Shown: piece after piece, positions 22,224 through 32,138 of the stretch
Layout of the letters: every line of letters begins with the position of its first letter
Position numbering within the stretch: position 1 is the stretch's first letter
Translations under genes and position numbers: made by a program
From: an uncultured archaeon
GTDB lineage: Archaea; Thermoplasmatota; Poseidoniia; MGIII; CAYLMJ01
Direction: 5' to 3'
Assembly (NCBI GenBank): GCA_964384995.1
Contig: CAYLMJ010000003.1
Coordinates: forward strand, 25,007 to 89,006
DNA: 64,000 nt
The notes under the pieces: model-generated
Seen by the model: only the letters and a program-made list of their open reading frames with translations
The model's database searches: none
Told to the model about the DNA's origin: nothing

Positions 22224-25200
22224 ATGAATGGAGCCTCCAGACTCACCATTCGCTCGCCCGGGTTTCTTCTCCTTTTCTCTTTGCTGGCGGGTGTGGTGGG
22301 CTCTGAATATGGTGGTTCCCGAGGTCACCAGAGGGGTTATGCACAACCATCCACAAGAGGCTCAGGTGAAGCATCGAATGAAAAGGCCTCCCGACCCTGG
22401 CCGGCCTCAGAGCTCCGCCGCTGGCCCATTGAACGATTGATGAAACGGGCCCTGGAACTGGAACGCTCCGCTCCCCGCAAGGCGCTGATGCTCTACTATC
22501 ACCTGACCGAGCGCTCGACCATGGTCCTGCGTCGTTCCATGCGGCTCTTTGCCATCATCGTGTCGGCCTACAGTCTCATCTTCTCCATCTTCTTGAACCT
22601 GGGCCTGTCGATATTCTTCTTCATATCTCTCGTCGGAGCCTGCCTCTACCATCCCCGGACCAAAGTGGATCGCAACCTGGGTTACCTGGCCCAGCTGGGC
22701 ATCGCCCGCTGTTACATGCTTCTGGGAGCTCCCTACAAGGCCTATCGCTACCTCGAGGTGGCCCGGGTGGAGAGCCCGCCCCGCCTCAAGGCCCTGCACG
22801 AGTCCCTCCTGGCCATCATCCGCGGCCGGCGCAAGCAGGCCCTGGCCCATCTCGATCGGGCTCGAGAACGCCACAACGATCTTCGCACCTGGGGTCTCGC
22901 CTGGCCCTACTACCGCTCCTCGGCCACCAACACCGGAAAACTGATGGGAGCCATGAAGCCGGGCGCAACATCTCGCAGTGAGCAAGCCAAGAAGGGAACC
23001 TCAACTGGCGTGGACGCGAGGCCGGTACGACACCATCGCGAGCGGGCGGTTTCAGGGAATGCTCATCAGATCCAGTGCATTCACAAGGGTTCGGCCCCCA
23101 CCAAACATCAGCTGTTGAAGGAGGCCTTCCGGCTGGAGCCAACCAAGCCCCATTCGGCCATCTACCTCTACAACCAGGTGGGTCTGAAATCCGAACGGGC
23201 CCTGCGCAAGCTGGCGCTCCTGTTCCTGCTCATCCTGATCCCCCTGACCCTGGACAGCGTCTGCTTCATCTTCGTCATCCTCAGCCTGGTCATCGTGCTC
23301 CTGATATACGGCGAGCCCCACCGCTTCGTGGTGGCCCGGGAACTGGCACCCCTGGGAGCGGCTCGATGCTACCTGCGCACCGGTCAGACCAACCAGGCCA
23401 ACCGTCGTCTGAACCAGGTCTTCAAACGCCGCCTCCCCTACCTGCGTCCCCTCTACAATGCCACGGTCTCCATCGGGGCCGGGCGCAACGATCAGGTGGA
23501 ACACTACCTGAAGAGGTCCCCGCTGTACAATCTCAGCAAGGCGAGCCAGTTCTACTATCGCAGCTCCCTGGAGCTGACCCGGCGGTTGAGCAAGGACCTG
23601 GCGGTCGAGAACTTCGACGTGGCCACGAAGAGCCCGCAGGATGAGCGCTGGAGAAAGCCGGCGCAGGCCGCAAGGTCCTCACCCGCGGAGTCCAAGACCG
23701 ATGAGCCCACGCCCGAGAAGCCTATACCGGTGGCAAGCAAGCCTCTCACAACCGACGCGGTGAGCTCTGCCGAACCGGTGGTATCGGTGATCAACGATGA
23801 GGGTCATCTGGACCCCACGGTCAAGGCCGGGGAGCCCGACCCCCTGACCTTCACCATCGGCTCCCGGATCTACCATCTTAACCTGGGCGCCGGCACCATC
23901 CAGGCCCGCTTCCCCCACGGGAGGAACTGGCGCCTGAGGGTCCAGTTCGACCGCTCCACCGAGATCCACGATGTCATCTCCAACTACCTCACCCCCATGG
24001 GGAAAGCGACCGCCGTCGAACCCCCTTCCAAGCCCGAAGGTGTGGTCGCCAGGTTCGCCGGACCTCCCGGGGTACGCCCCATCGCGGATCGCAACCTGCG
24101 TCCGGTCCTGCCCTTTGCCTCGCCTGTCACCCCCAACGCGGCCATGGCGTCGCGACCCCTTCCCGCTCCGATCCCGGTCCAGGCCTCCTCTGCTGGTCAA
24201 CCCGCCCCCCGAGTACCCCACCGGGAAGTCCTGCAGGAGCCCTACCATGTGGAATGGATGGATCTGATAACTGTGGAGGCCAGCGGGACCCCCGACCTTG
24301 AAGATGAAATCACAACCGAGCCCGAGCCCGTACAGGTGTCCGAACCCGAACCAGCCTCTCAGCCTGAGCTCCAACAGGAGTCCCAACCAGACCCCCAACC
24401 GGAGTCCCAACCAGACCCCCAGCCATCTGCCCCACCGGTATCAGCCACTGAGGGATCTGCCGAGGCAAACCACCCCAGCTCATGGCCGGTCCAGTGGGTC
24501 GATGCCGAGGTGGATGACCGGGTGGCCGAGCTCGACCAGCGCCTCGCCGAGCTGACCCAGCTGGTCCTTGAGCCCAAGGATGAACCGGACCCAGCTCCCA
24601 CTCCTGCCTCAGCCCCCGAAGCGACCCAAGTGGAGGTGGAGGCCCAACTCTCCCATCGACAGGCTCAGGTGCTCTACCTGGTCCGGGTCAGGAACCTTTC
24701 ATCCCGCCCCATCCTCGATGTGAAGGTGAAGCTTCATCTTGAGGGTCTTCAATTCAAAGTGGTGCAGGAGGCTCCCAACCAAAACTCCCTGGCTCCAGGA
24801 GGTTCAGGCAAGTTCCTCTACCTGCTGGAGCCCACCACCGAGGGAGCCAATGGCACCCTCAAGGCCGACCTCAGCTACATCGACCATCAGGGCGGCATGA
24901 CCGTGGAACAGCCCATCGAGGCCCTTGCCACCGGGATAGTGTGGCCCAGGCTGTCCGATATGAGGACCGACCGCAAGTGGCGCGAGGTCACCCGGGGGCT
25001 CGTATCCCACAAGGAGCGCTTCGACGGCGCTCCCCTGCCGCCGGGCCTCCTGTTCGAGCTGGTCTGCCGCATCCTGGGCGATCTCAACCTGCGCTCGCGC
25101 AAGCCCAAGCTCATCGAGACCTCCTCGTTCTATTCAGGCCGGGCACGATTCATGGCCCAGGATGAGGCTGGCAGATCCTGCGCGGTCCAGGCCGAGGTGG

Positions 25201-25427
25201 TGGGCGGCCCCCTGCGGACCCGTCTTCTGCTCAGGGTCTACGCCCCCTGCGAGGCCTCGGTGGCGGGACTCTATCATCTGGTGCGGGAGGAGCTGACCCT
25301 GCGCCTGGAGGTGGGCGAGGCCTCCGACCCGGTGGTCTACCAGGTCAACGGCGACTTCGTCGAGGGCTCCAAGACCGAGGTGCGCGACTCGGTGGTCAGC
25401 CGCTGGGCGGCCAACTCCGACGCGTAG
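22224..25427 (+). CDS. Large membrane protein B1: duplicated TM-hairpin module, long disordered Pro/Glu-rich linker and the conserved C-terminal cytoplasmic module shared with B2 and B3
   Basis: Two copies of a helix plus two-TM hairpin plus (E)LAPLGxARCY(L/M) module are present. The C-terminal approximately 330 aa aligns with the C-termini of ORFs 25631..27952 and 28907..32059 (...EVVGGPLRTRLLLRVYAP...LRLEV...VYQVNGDFVEGSKTEVRDSVVSRW). Confidence 0.7.
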   Translation: MNGASRLTIRSPGFLLLFSLLAGVVGSEYGGSRGHQRGYAQPSTRGSGEASNEKASRPWPASELRRWPIERLMKRALELERSAPRKALMLYYHLTERSTMVLRRSMRLFAIIVSAYSLIFSIFLNLGLSIFFFISLVGACLYHPRTKVDRNLGYLAQLGIARCYMLLGAPYKAYRYLEVARVESPPRLKALHESLLAIIRGRRKQALAHLDRARERHNDLRTWGLAWPYYRSSATNTGKLMGAMKPGATSRSEQAKKGTSTGVDARPVRHHRERAVSGNAHQIQCIHKGSAPTKHQLLKEAFRLEPTKPHSAIYLYNQVGLKSERALRKLALLFLLILIPLTLDSVCFIFVILSLVIVLLIYGEPHRFVVARELAPLGAARCYLRTGQTNQANRRLNQVFKRRLPYLRPLYNATVSIGAGRNDQVEHYLKRSPLYNLSKASQFYYRSSLELTRRLSKDLAVENFDVATKSPQDERWRKPAQAARSSPAESKTDEPTPEKPIPVASKPLTTDAVSSAEPVVSVINDEGHLDPTVKAGEPDPLTFTIGSRIYHLNLGAGTIQARFPHGRNWRLRVQFDRSTEIHDVISNYLTPMGKATAVEPPSKPEGVVARFAGPPGVRPIADRNLRPVLPFASPVTPNAAMASRPLPAPIPVQASSAGQPAPRVPHREVLQEPYHVEWMDLITVEASGTPDLEDEITTEPEPVQVSEPEPASQPELQQESQPDPQPESQPDPQPSAPPVSATEGSAEANHPSSWPVQWVDAEVDDRVAELDQRLAELTQLVLEPKDEPDPAPTPASAPEATQVEVEAQLSHRQAQVLYLVRVRNLSSRPILDVKVKLHLEGLQFKVVQEAPNQNSLAPGGSGKFLYLLEPTTEGANGTLKADLSYIDHQGGMTVEQPIEALATGIVWPRLSDMRTDRKWREVTRGLVSHKERFDGAPLPPGLLFELVCRILGDLNLRSRKPKLIETSSFYSGRARFMAQDEAGRSCAVQAEVVGGPLRTRLLLRVYAPCEASVAGLYHLVREELTLRLEVGEASDPVVYQVNGDFVEGSKTEVRDSVVSRWAANSDA

Positions 25428-25560
25428 GCCGAGCAAACGTCTCTCCTTCCCCTCCTCTTGCCCTCACTCCTGCTCTTGGCCCTGCTTGTGCAAATGCCTG
25501 TTCGATGGGTTGCGAACCCGGGTCATTCACCCCAAGAGAATGCTGGCTGAGGGATGGGAT

Positions 25561-25600
25561 AGGGGAGTATTGTGGGACTTCCCCCATTCTGCATATATAG
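25561..25600 (+). promoter_or_regulatory. Shared promoter element copy 3: AGGGGAGTATTGTGGGACTTCCCCC, then 7 nt, then ATATATAG
   Basis: Sits about 30 nt upstream of the ATG at 25631. Confidence 0.55.
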
Positions 25601-25630
25601 ACCCAGACCAAACCATCTATCGGTGTAAGG

Positions 25631-27952
25631 ATGACGAGGTCTCCCGGACTCATTGTATCGTTCCTGTTTTTACTGATCGCAACCCAGCTCATGCTCGCCC
25701 CGGCCTTTGTGGCTGGGGATGATCATCCATCCGTGGATGTGGAGCTGGACCAGGATATGGAGGAAGTGGGCAACCAGCCTCCCATTGCCGTCATCACCCA
25801 TGTCTTCCGCTCCCGGGTCAATTTCAGCGAGAGCGTGGTGTTGCGGGGAATGGGCGTCGACAACGATGGCTACATCATCCAGTATCGCTGGTGGTCCGAC
25901 CTCGATGGGAATCTGTCCTCGGCCTCGGGGGAGGTGGTATTCGATGATCTTTCCGTGGGAGAGCATGTCATCTCCTTCGCGGTCAAGGACCAATTGGACA
26001 ACTGGTCCCAACCCGACCAGGTGAATGTGACCGTCATGCCTCGAGTGGTTCCATCGGTCACCCATATCCGTCACTATCCCTACTATGTCAAGGTTGGGGA
26101 GGGGGTCCGGTTCTATGCCTACACCAACCCCTCCGACCCATCGATCCAGCGATACAAGTGGGACCTGGAAGGCGATGGTCTCTGGGACAGCCTCACCGGC
26201 TCCGACAACATCTACTACCGCTACACCACCTCCGGACACTACTGTCCCACGGTCATGGTGATGGACGAGGATGGCCAGTGGTCTGAGCCCTACCATGTCA
26301 GCCTGCAGGTGCGGCCCCAATCGTATCATGAGCGTGAAGGAGAGAGCGAGGAGGAGGCCGCGCTGGGTGGACTATGCCTGCTCTTCCTGGTCGTCGTTGT
26401 GCCCCTCGCCACCTACAAGTGGGGTGCAAAGCGCCAGCGAAAGCGATGTCAGGACAAGGGTCATCAGGCCGCGACCAAGACCAAGCAGGACCCGGTGAAG
26501 TTGATGAACGAGGCCTTGGCCCTGGAGGCTCAGGACCCCAACCGGGCCCTGCCACTCTTTAGAGCCGCCAACCAGAAACGGTCCGATGTGCCCGCCTGTT
26601 GTGGGATCATCACGGTCCTCATGATCTTACTGCTGGTGCTCATCCCTCATCCCATCTTCTTCATCGGCGTGGTCCTGGGCATGTGCGCCTGCCTGCTGGC
26701 CACCGAGAACCCTACTCGCAAAAGCGCCCGGGAGCTGGCGCCTCTGGGCGTTGCCCGCTGCTACCTGCGCTCCGATGCACCCGGACACGCTCTGGGGATC
26801 CTGCGCAAGACCAACGGGCTCAACCCGTTCTACCTAGACAACCTCTACGCCGCCACCCGCTCCCTGGCCAGGGGCAACCGCAACCGGGCCAGGTACTTCC
26901 TGGGCCGGGCCTACCGCATCCCACGCCCCAACGGACCGGCCTTCTACTACCTCTCCCTGGGCCTGACCCAGACCCTCATGGAATGGCAGATGCAGAGAAA
27001 GCTCTCTGCCTCCAAGAAGGCCAGGAAGACCGGGAGGACCGACGAGGAGACCCGTTCGCGAAAGAAGTACAAGGTCGTGACGAACAAGGAGCGGCCCAAG
27101 AAGGAGGGCGACAAGATGGAGGGGGAGCCGGTCATGTCCGCAAAGGACAAAGGACCCGCTACCTCCAAGTATCTTCTGAGCTCCGAGCCCCGTGCCGTTC
27201 CGACCAAGATCGATGACGCTTCCCAGGAGCCCAAGCCAAGGCCAGAACCGGAGCCAGCTCAGAGCTCGGAGAGCTCACCGGCCGCCCCCGAACCGGCCGT
27301 GACCGCCCGCCCCGCACCTCAGGCTAAGGCTGTCGTCCCGCCCCCGACCGGGACACCCTCCTCCTCAACATCATCATCAACGCCGGCGGTCTTCTCAACT
27401 GTATCACATTCCATTCCCCCCTCCTCAGCTGAAGCCTCCCCGACCGTCGCCGACACCTCCCGCAAGTGGCGTTCGGCCCGCTCGGGCTCGGTCTGGCGCC
27501 AGAGCCGCTTCGAGGGGCTGACCCTGGCCCCCTCGGCCCTGATGGAACTGGTGGAATGGGTGATGGAGGGGCTCGATCTCGAGCGGATCAAACCCTCGGT
27601 GACCCAGGTCCCGGGCCACTTCATCGGCCTGATACGGTACTTCGCCCATGATCACGAGGGTCGACCCCACGGGGTCCAGCTCGAGGTCATCGGCGGGCTC
27701 AACCGCACCCGCCTGCTGATCCGGGTCTACGCCCCCGATGACAAGGCTCTGGAGGAACTCCACGCCCTGGTGCAGGAGGAGCTCTCCCTGCGCCTGGAGG
27801 TGGCCACTCCGGCGGCCTCACCTGCAGCCTCACCCGCAACCTCACCGACCGACACCCCGGTCCAGAAGGTCTCCGGTGACTATGTCTGCGGCTCCAAGAC
27901 CGAGGTCAAGGACTCGGTGGTCAGCCGCTGGGGCCGCCCCGTCACTGGTTGA
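25631..27952 (+). CDS. Large type-I membrane protein B2: signal peptide, PKD-like ectodomains, a single TM-hairpin module and the conserved C-terminal cytoplasmic module
   Basis: Signal peptide MTRSPGLIVSFLFLLIATQLMLAPAFVAG and PKD-like motifs (DNDGYIIQYRWWSDLDG). The ELAPLGVARCYL module is present. The C-terminus ...LEVIGGLNRTRLLIRVYAP...LRLEV...VQKVSGDYVCGSKTEVKDSVVSRW matches B1. Confidence 0.7.
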   Translation: MTRSPGLIVSFLFLLIATQLMLAPAFVAGDDHPSVDVELDQDMEEVGNQPPIAVITHVFRSRVNFSESVVLRGMGVDNDGYIIQYRWWSDLDGNLSSASGEVVFDDLSVGEHVISFAVKDQLDNWSQPDQVNVTVMPRVVPSVTHIRHYPYYVKVGEGVRFYAYTNPSDPSIQRYKWDLEGDGLWDSLTGSDNIYYRYTTSGHYCPTVMVMDEDGQWSEPYHVSLQVRPQSYHEREGESEEEAALGGLCLLFLVVVVPLATYKWGAKRQRKRCQDKGHQAATKTKQDPVKLMNEALALEAQDPNRALPLFRAANQKRSDVPACCGIITVLMILLLVLIPHPIFFIGVVLGMCACLLATENPTRKSARELAPLGVARCYLRSDAPGHALGILRKTNGLNPFYLDNLYAATRSLARGNRNRARYFLGRAYRIPRPNGPAFYYLSLGLTQTLMEWQMQRKLSASKKARKTGRTDEETRSRKKYKVVTNKERPKKEGDKMEGEPVMSAKDKGPATSKYLLSSEPRAVPTKIDDASQEPKPRPEPEPAQSSESSPAAPEPAVTARPAPQAKAVVPPPTGTPSSSTSSSTPAVFSTVSHSIPPSSAEASPTVADTSRKWRSARSGSVWRQSRFEGLTLAPSALMELVEWVMEGLDLERIKPSVTQVPGHFIGLIRYFAHDHEGRPHGVQLEVIGGLNRTRLLIRVYAPDDKALEELHALVQEELSLRLEVATPAASPAASPATSPTDTPVQKVSGDYVCGSKTEVKDSVVSRWGRPVTG

Positions 27953-28802
27953 TCGGGGCCAGACCAGAAAGGGCTTCTTCCTCCACCGGTCCCAGCCTGG
28001 CCGGCACCATGAGGGTGTGAGGCGGAGACCCGAACTCCCGTTCGATCAGTTCATCAGCCTTGCCGCAGGCCACCAGCGGGTCGGACCAGCCCGCCCGGGC
28101 CACCACCACCGCCAGATCATCCTCCTTCAGGGGTCCCGAAGGGCCGGTCAACAGCTCCAGACCTTGGTTAGCGGTCATGGCCTCCGGAGACCGAGTGGGG
28201 TCGTCGGCCCGGATGTCCAGGAGCACCAGCGTGTGCAGGTCGGCGGCCAGGTTGGCCCGCACCATCTCCAGGGGACTGGAGGGGGCCTTGCCCGTTCCGT
28301 CGGGCAGGACCAGGGTGACGGTGCGGCCGAAGCGGTAGAAGTCGAGGCCGGCCATCCCCGGAGCAGTGGTCAGGATGGAGGTGTTGGCCACCAACGAACA
28401 TTCGATGCCAGCCTGCCGGGCTTCGGTCCGCAGGGTCGAATGGGTCGTGGCGCTCAGGGGGTCGCCTCCCACCAGCAGCACCGTCGGCCCCCTTCGGGCC
28501 GCCTCTAGCAGAAGGCCTCCCTCCTCGACATAGCATCTTGGCAGAACCACCAGCGATTCCCGGGCCTGATCCAGCAAGCGTTCAACGGGAGGTTCTGCGG
28601 GTGAGCCATCAAGGGAGGCGGGCGGCGCGGGCTCCAGATGGAGACTCCGTCCATGTCTGCTGGCCAGTCGCTCAAGGCTTCCAGGAGGCAGAAGGGTGGT
28701 GTAGGTCTCGGCGAGGAGGAATTGGGTCTCTTCTATGAGCCTCTCCCCCTTCAGGGTCAGGTCATTTTCCCCGCCCAGGCCCAGGCCGACCAGTGAGAGC
28801 AT
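27942..28802 (-). CDS. dphB: Diphthine synthase (EF-2 diphthamide biosynthesis methyltransferase)
   Basis: N-terminus MLSLVGLGLGGENDLTLKGERLIEE...AETYTT and ...VGGDPLSATTHSTL..., a tetrapyrrole-methylase fold. Start set at the ATG at 28802; the 3' end overlaps B2 convergently by 11 nt. Confidence 0.8.
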   Translation of the reverse strand: MLSLVGLGLGGENDLTLKGERLIEETQFLLAETYTTLLPPGSLERLASRHGRSLHLEPAPPASLDGSPAEPPVERLLDQARESLVVLPRCYVEEGGLLLEAARRGPTVLLVGGDPLSATTHSTLRTEARQAGIECSLVANTSILTTAPGMAGLDFYRFGRTVTLVLPDGTGKAPSSPLEMVRANLAADLHTLVLLDIRADDPTRSPEAMTANQGLELLTGPSGPLKEDDLAVVVARAGWSDPLVACGKADELIEREFGSPPHTLMVPARLGPVEEEALSGLAPINQ

Positions 28803-28906
28803 GGGCTTCCAGCGGCAAGGACTATTAAAGTCCAATTAACGACCCTTTACCAAAAGCTCTATATCAAGCATCCAACTTAATTAGGGATTAACCGTGGAGG
28901 ACCTCC

Positions 28907-31900
28907 ATGCGTAACTCCCGTCTACTGGTCGGCCTGGTTGGCCTGGGCCTGCTCATCCTGCTCCTTTCCCTGGTGTCAGAGGTATCCGCCCAGACCAGGT
29001 TGGAGGGCAAGGTCACCGATAGGTTCGATGATGGTGTTCAGATGAAGGGGGTCGTCATCGTTCTCACTAAAGAGGACAATGATACCCTGGTATACAATTT
29101 CACCACGGATGCATCGGGCTATTATTCCGAAGAAAAGATGGAACCAGGGAAGTACACATTCGAGGTTTCCCTTGAAGGATACTGGGACCGCGAGGGTAAG
29201 GTGGAGCTCAGCGAGAATGAAACATTCAAACGCGACTTTCAACTATTGCCCAAGGAGGCCGGCAAGGGACTCTTCTGGGGATTCATCAGTAAGTCCCAGG
29301 ATGGTGGGCCAATCGACCATGCGGCCCTGACCATGGAACGTGTCTCCGGCGGACCGACCCAGATCTATCGAACGACCGTGGAAGAGGATGGCTACTTCTC
29401 CAGACTTTTGAATCCTGGTGGATACGACCTTTGGATCGCTGCCTACGGCTATGAAGCAAAAGCCCACGGGACCGAGCAGGTGAAGGACCAGACACCGACC
29501 CGTTACGATTTCTACCTGGACCACGAGACCTCCACCACCAACACCTTCATGGAGAGCTGGATCAAGGATGACAAGGACAACCGGCTGGCCGGGGTCGGCG
29601 TATCCATCACCAAGGATGGCGGCCGCCAGGCCGATCACTTCACCATCAGCGACGCCAACGGCTGGTGGCAGGTGGGTCTGGACAATGGTGGTTCCTACCA
29701 GGTCGACTACCAGCTGGAGGGCTACGGTCCCGTCCAACAAGTGTTCACAGTCAATGAGGGCCAGACCAACCCCGTCGATGTCCAGGTCCTCATTCTCAGA
29801 CCCGACGCCAGCATCGATGGCATCAACACCGGTCATGCGGGTTTCGCGGTCAAGGGCGAGGACATCGTGTTCAAGGGCTCGGCCAGCGGTGGCAGCGGCA
29901 CCTATACCGATCTCGAGTGGAGCTACACCGAACCCGGAGGCGGTTCCCAGGAAACCCTCGGCAGCGGCGACACCCTGACCAAGAGCATTCCCGTCGGCCT
30001 CCAATCGGGCACCTACTCCATCCACCTCAGGGTTCGCGATGACAACGGTCAGTGGAGCGAGACCGTCAGCCAGGAGCTGGAGGTGTATGGCAGACCCAAG
30101 GTCGAGATAGACCTCCAGGGCACCAACAACCCCACCACCGCCGACACCACCGTCATGGGTACCAACGTCCTATCCAGCGACTTTGGCATCGCCAGCCATC
30201 AGTGGCAGCTCTTCCAGGACTCCATCGACAGCGAGCAGCGCCTGGCCGGGGACCAGGAGAGCTTCGAGATCAGGTGGTTCGATCACGGCCTGGAGCCCGA
30301 TGTCTACATCGTGCGGCTGAGGGTCACCGACGAGTACGGGCTGGTGAGCAACTGGGCCACGCAGGATCTGAGCCTCCATGACCAGAACGAGAACCGCCCT
30401 TACATCGAGGGGCTCAACAAGTACGAGTTCTATCCCGATGACTGGCTGGAGGCCCACGGCAACACACAGGGTGCCGACACCGACGATTTCAAATGGGAGA
30501 TAGACGGCCGGGACGTCAGCCACGACCAGAACCTCCATGTCAACCTGAGGGATCTGGACCTGGACCAGGGCGAACATGAGATAGTCTTCGCCTACCACAA
30601 CAGCGAGGACGGCTGGGTCTACAGCGAATCTCAGCGTTTCTACTACAATGCCGATGAGGGGCCCGAGCCCCAAGAGGTCATCATTCCACTGCTGATCATC
30701 TTCATCATCCTGATGCTCATCCGCCGCCGCCGCAAGCGCAAGAGGCGAGCCAAGAAGGAGGCCAAGAAGGCCGCCAAGGCCCCGGCCATCCCCCGGGCCA
30801 CCGCCGCCCCTGGGCTGAACGTGCCCGAGAGCAGTCTCTACGATGGAGGGGCCTCGCCCTACGCCCCCCGGGCCAGGACCGGCCGGCAAAAGGCGCCGGT
30901 CATCGATCTTGCAAGACCCCGGTCGCAACGACCGCACTTGAAGGGCGAGGGTGCTGCCCCTGTGTTCGGAACCTCCATGCCGGACATCGATGGCAAGGGC
31001 AAGCCCAAGGCTCCCGAGGGCAAGATCGAGCTCAAATCGGCGGTCAATTACGAGAAGGCCAACATCATCTTCAAGGTCAAGGTGGAGAACAACACTGACA
31101 AGCCCATCGCCGAGGTGCGGGTGCGGCCCTTTGCCCCCACCAATCTCTTCAAGGCCGACAAGGAGGAGCGCACCATCGGGCTGATCCAACCCAAGCAGGC
31201 CCAGACGGCCACTTTCAAACTGCGGCCCAGGGGCGAGTGCGGCAACGTCACCCTGCAGGCCAAGGTCACCTACTACGACACCGGCACCAACAAGTACGCC
31301 GAGCAGGACGCCAAGCCCCGGGAGACGGCCATCATCTGCCCCATGCTCAAGTATGAGGACATAGACGAGGATGAGTGGCGCAAGAACGTCTCCAAGATGC
31401 TCAAGGTGGAGGAGACCACCGACAAGATTCCCATGGATGGCGAGTCGCTCTACTCCATGGTCTGCGACGTCTTCCAGGACCAGAACCTGACATCCATCTC
31501 GATGAACGTGGACCGGGGCCGGGTCTTCCGCGGCCGGGCCATGTTCTGGGCCAAGGGGGCTGTGGCGGCCAAGGGCCTGGGCTACGCCGCCCAGATCGAG
31601 GTCATCGGCGGCGAGCTGAAGTCCAAGCTCATCCTGAAGGCCTTTGCCAAGGGCGAAGACTCCCTGGTGGGCTTCTACCACTGCCTGCTGGACGAGATCG
31701 AGAAGCGCACCAGCGTCCGCGACTACCTGGACACCGGCGTCACCGTCCAGCATGTCTACGGTGACATGGTCAAGGGTGGCAAGGTGGACATCAAGGACTC
31801 AGTGCTCCAGCGCTCCAACATCACCACCGAGAGCGCCCCCTCTGGATCCGGCGACGATGACGACCCCTACCTGGACGTCAAGGGCGACAAGGTCGAGGGC

Positions 31901-32059
31901 GGCAAGGTCGAGATCCACGACTCCGTCGTAACCAGGTCCAAGGTGGGCCCCGATGGCGAGGAACGGTTATCGGCCGGCGATGACACCACCGGCAGTCTGG
32001 ACGAGGGCATCGACCAGCTCAGGAAGTTCGTCAAGGACGATGAGAAGGACGAGAAGTAG
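28907..32059 (+). CDS. Large type-I membrane protein B3: signal peptide, carboxypeptidase-regulatory-like and PKD-like ectodomains, TM anchor with a poly-basic stop-transfer, and the conserved C-terminal cytoplasmic module
   Basis: Signal peptide MRNSRLLVGLVGLGLLILLLSLVSEVSA. TM segment IIPLLIIFIILMLIRRRRKRKRR. C-terminal ...IEVIGGELKSKLILKAFAKG... ending in two copies of G(D/K)xV(K/E)GGKV(D/E)I(K/H)DSV(L/V)xRS. A GGAGG sits 8 nt upstream of the ATG. Confidence 0.7.
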   Translation: MRNSRLLVGLVGLGLLILLLSLVSEVSAQTRLEGKVTDRFDDGVQMKGVVIVLTKEDNDTLVYNFTTDASGYYSEEKMEPGKYTFEVSLEGYWDREGKVELSENETFKRDFQLLPKEAGKGLFWGFISKSQDGGPIDHAALTMERVSGGPTQIYRTTVEEDGYFSRLLNPGGYDLWIAAYGYEAKAHGTEQVKDQTPTRYDFYLDHETSTTNTFMESWIKDDKDNRLAGVGVSITKDGGRQADHFTISDANGWWQVGLDNGGSYQVDYQLEGYGPVQQVFTVNEGQTNPVDVQVLILRPDASIDGINTGHAGFAVKGEDIVFKGSASGGSGTYTDLEWSYTEPGGGSQETLGSGDTLTKSIPVGLQSGTYSIHLRVRDDNGQWSETVSQELEVYGRPKVEIDLQGTNNPTTADTTVMGTNVLSSDFGIASHQWQLFQDSIDSEQRLAGDQESFEIRWFDHGLEPDVYIVRLRVTDEYGLVSNWATQDLSLHDQNENRPYIEGLNKYEFYPDDWLEAHGNTQGADTDDFKWEIDGRDVSHDQNLHVNLRDLDLDQGEHEIVFAYHNSEDGWVYSESQRFYYNADEGPEPQEVIIPLLIIFIILMLIRRRRKRKRRAKKEAKKAAKAPAIPRATAAPGLNVPESSLYDGGASPYAPRARTGRQKAPVIDLARPRSQRPHLKGEGAAPVFGTSMPDIDGKGKPKAPEGKIELKSAVNYEKANIIFKVKVENNTDKPIAEVRVRPFAPTNLFKADKEERTIGLIQPKQAQTATFKLRPRGECGNVTLQAKVTYYDTGTNKYAEQDAKPRETAIICPMLKYEDIDEDEWRKNVSKMLKVEETTDKIPMDGESLYSMVCDVFQDQNLTSISMNVDRGRVFRGRAMFWAKGAVAAKGLGYAAQIEVIGGELKSKLILKAFAKGEDSLVGFYHCLLDEIEKRTSVRDYLDTGVTVQHVYGDMVKGGKVDIKDSVLQRSNITTESAPSGSGDDDDPYLDVKGDKVEGGKVEIHDSVVTRSKVGPDGEERLSAGDDTTGSLDEGIDQLRKFVKDDEKDEK

Positions 32060-32138
32060 GCCTTCATCAGCGGGCCGGCCATCCGGTCAGTATCTGCCGC
32101 CTCCTGTTGCAGTATTGCAGTATGATGGAGTTATAGCC

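Noticed and set aside
30170-31753. 527-aa minus-strand ORF inside B3
   Set aside because: Low-complexity Gly/Leu/Val/Asp-rich sequence; the plus strand encodes the paralogous B3 protein with signal peptide, PKD domains and the conserved C-terminal module.
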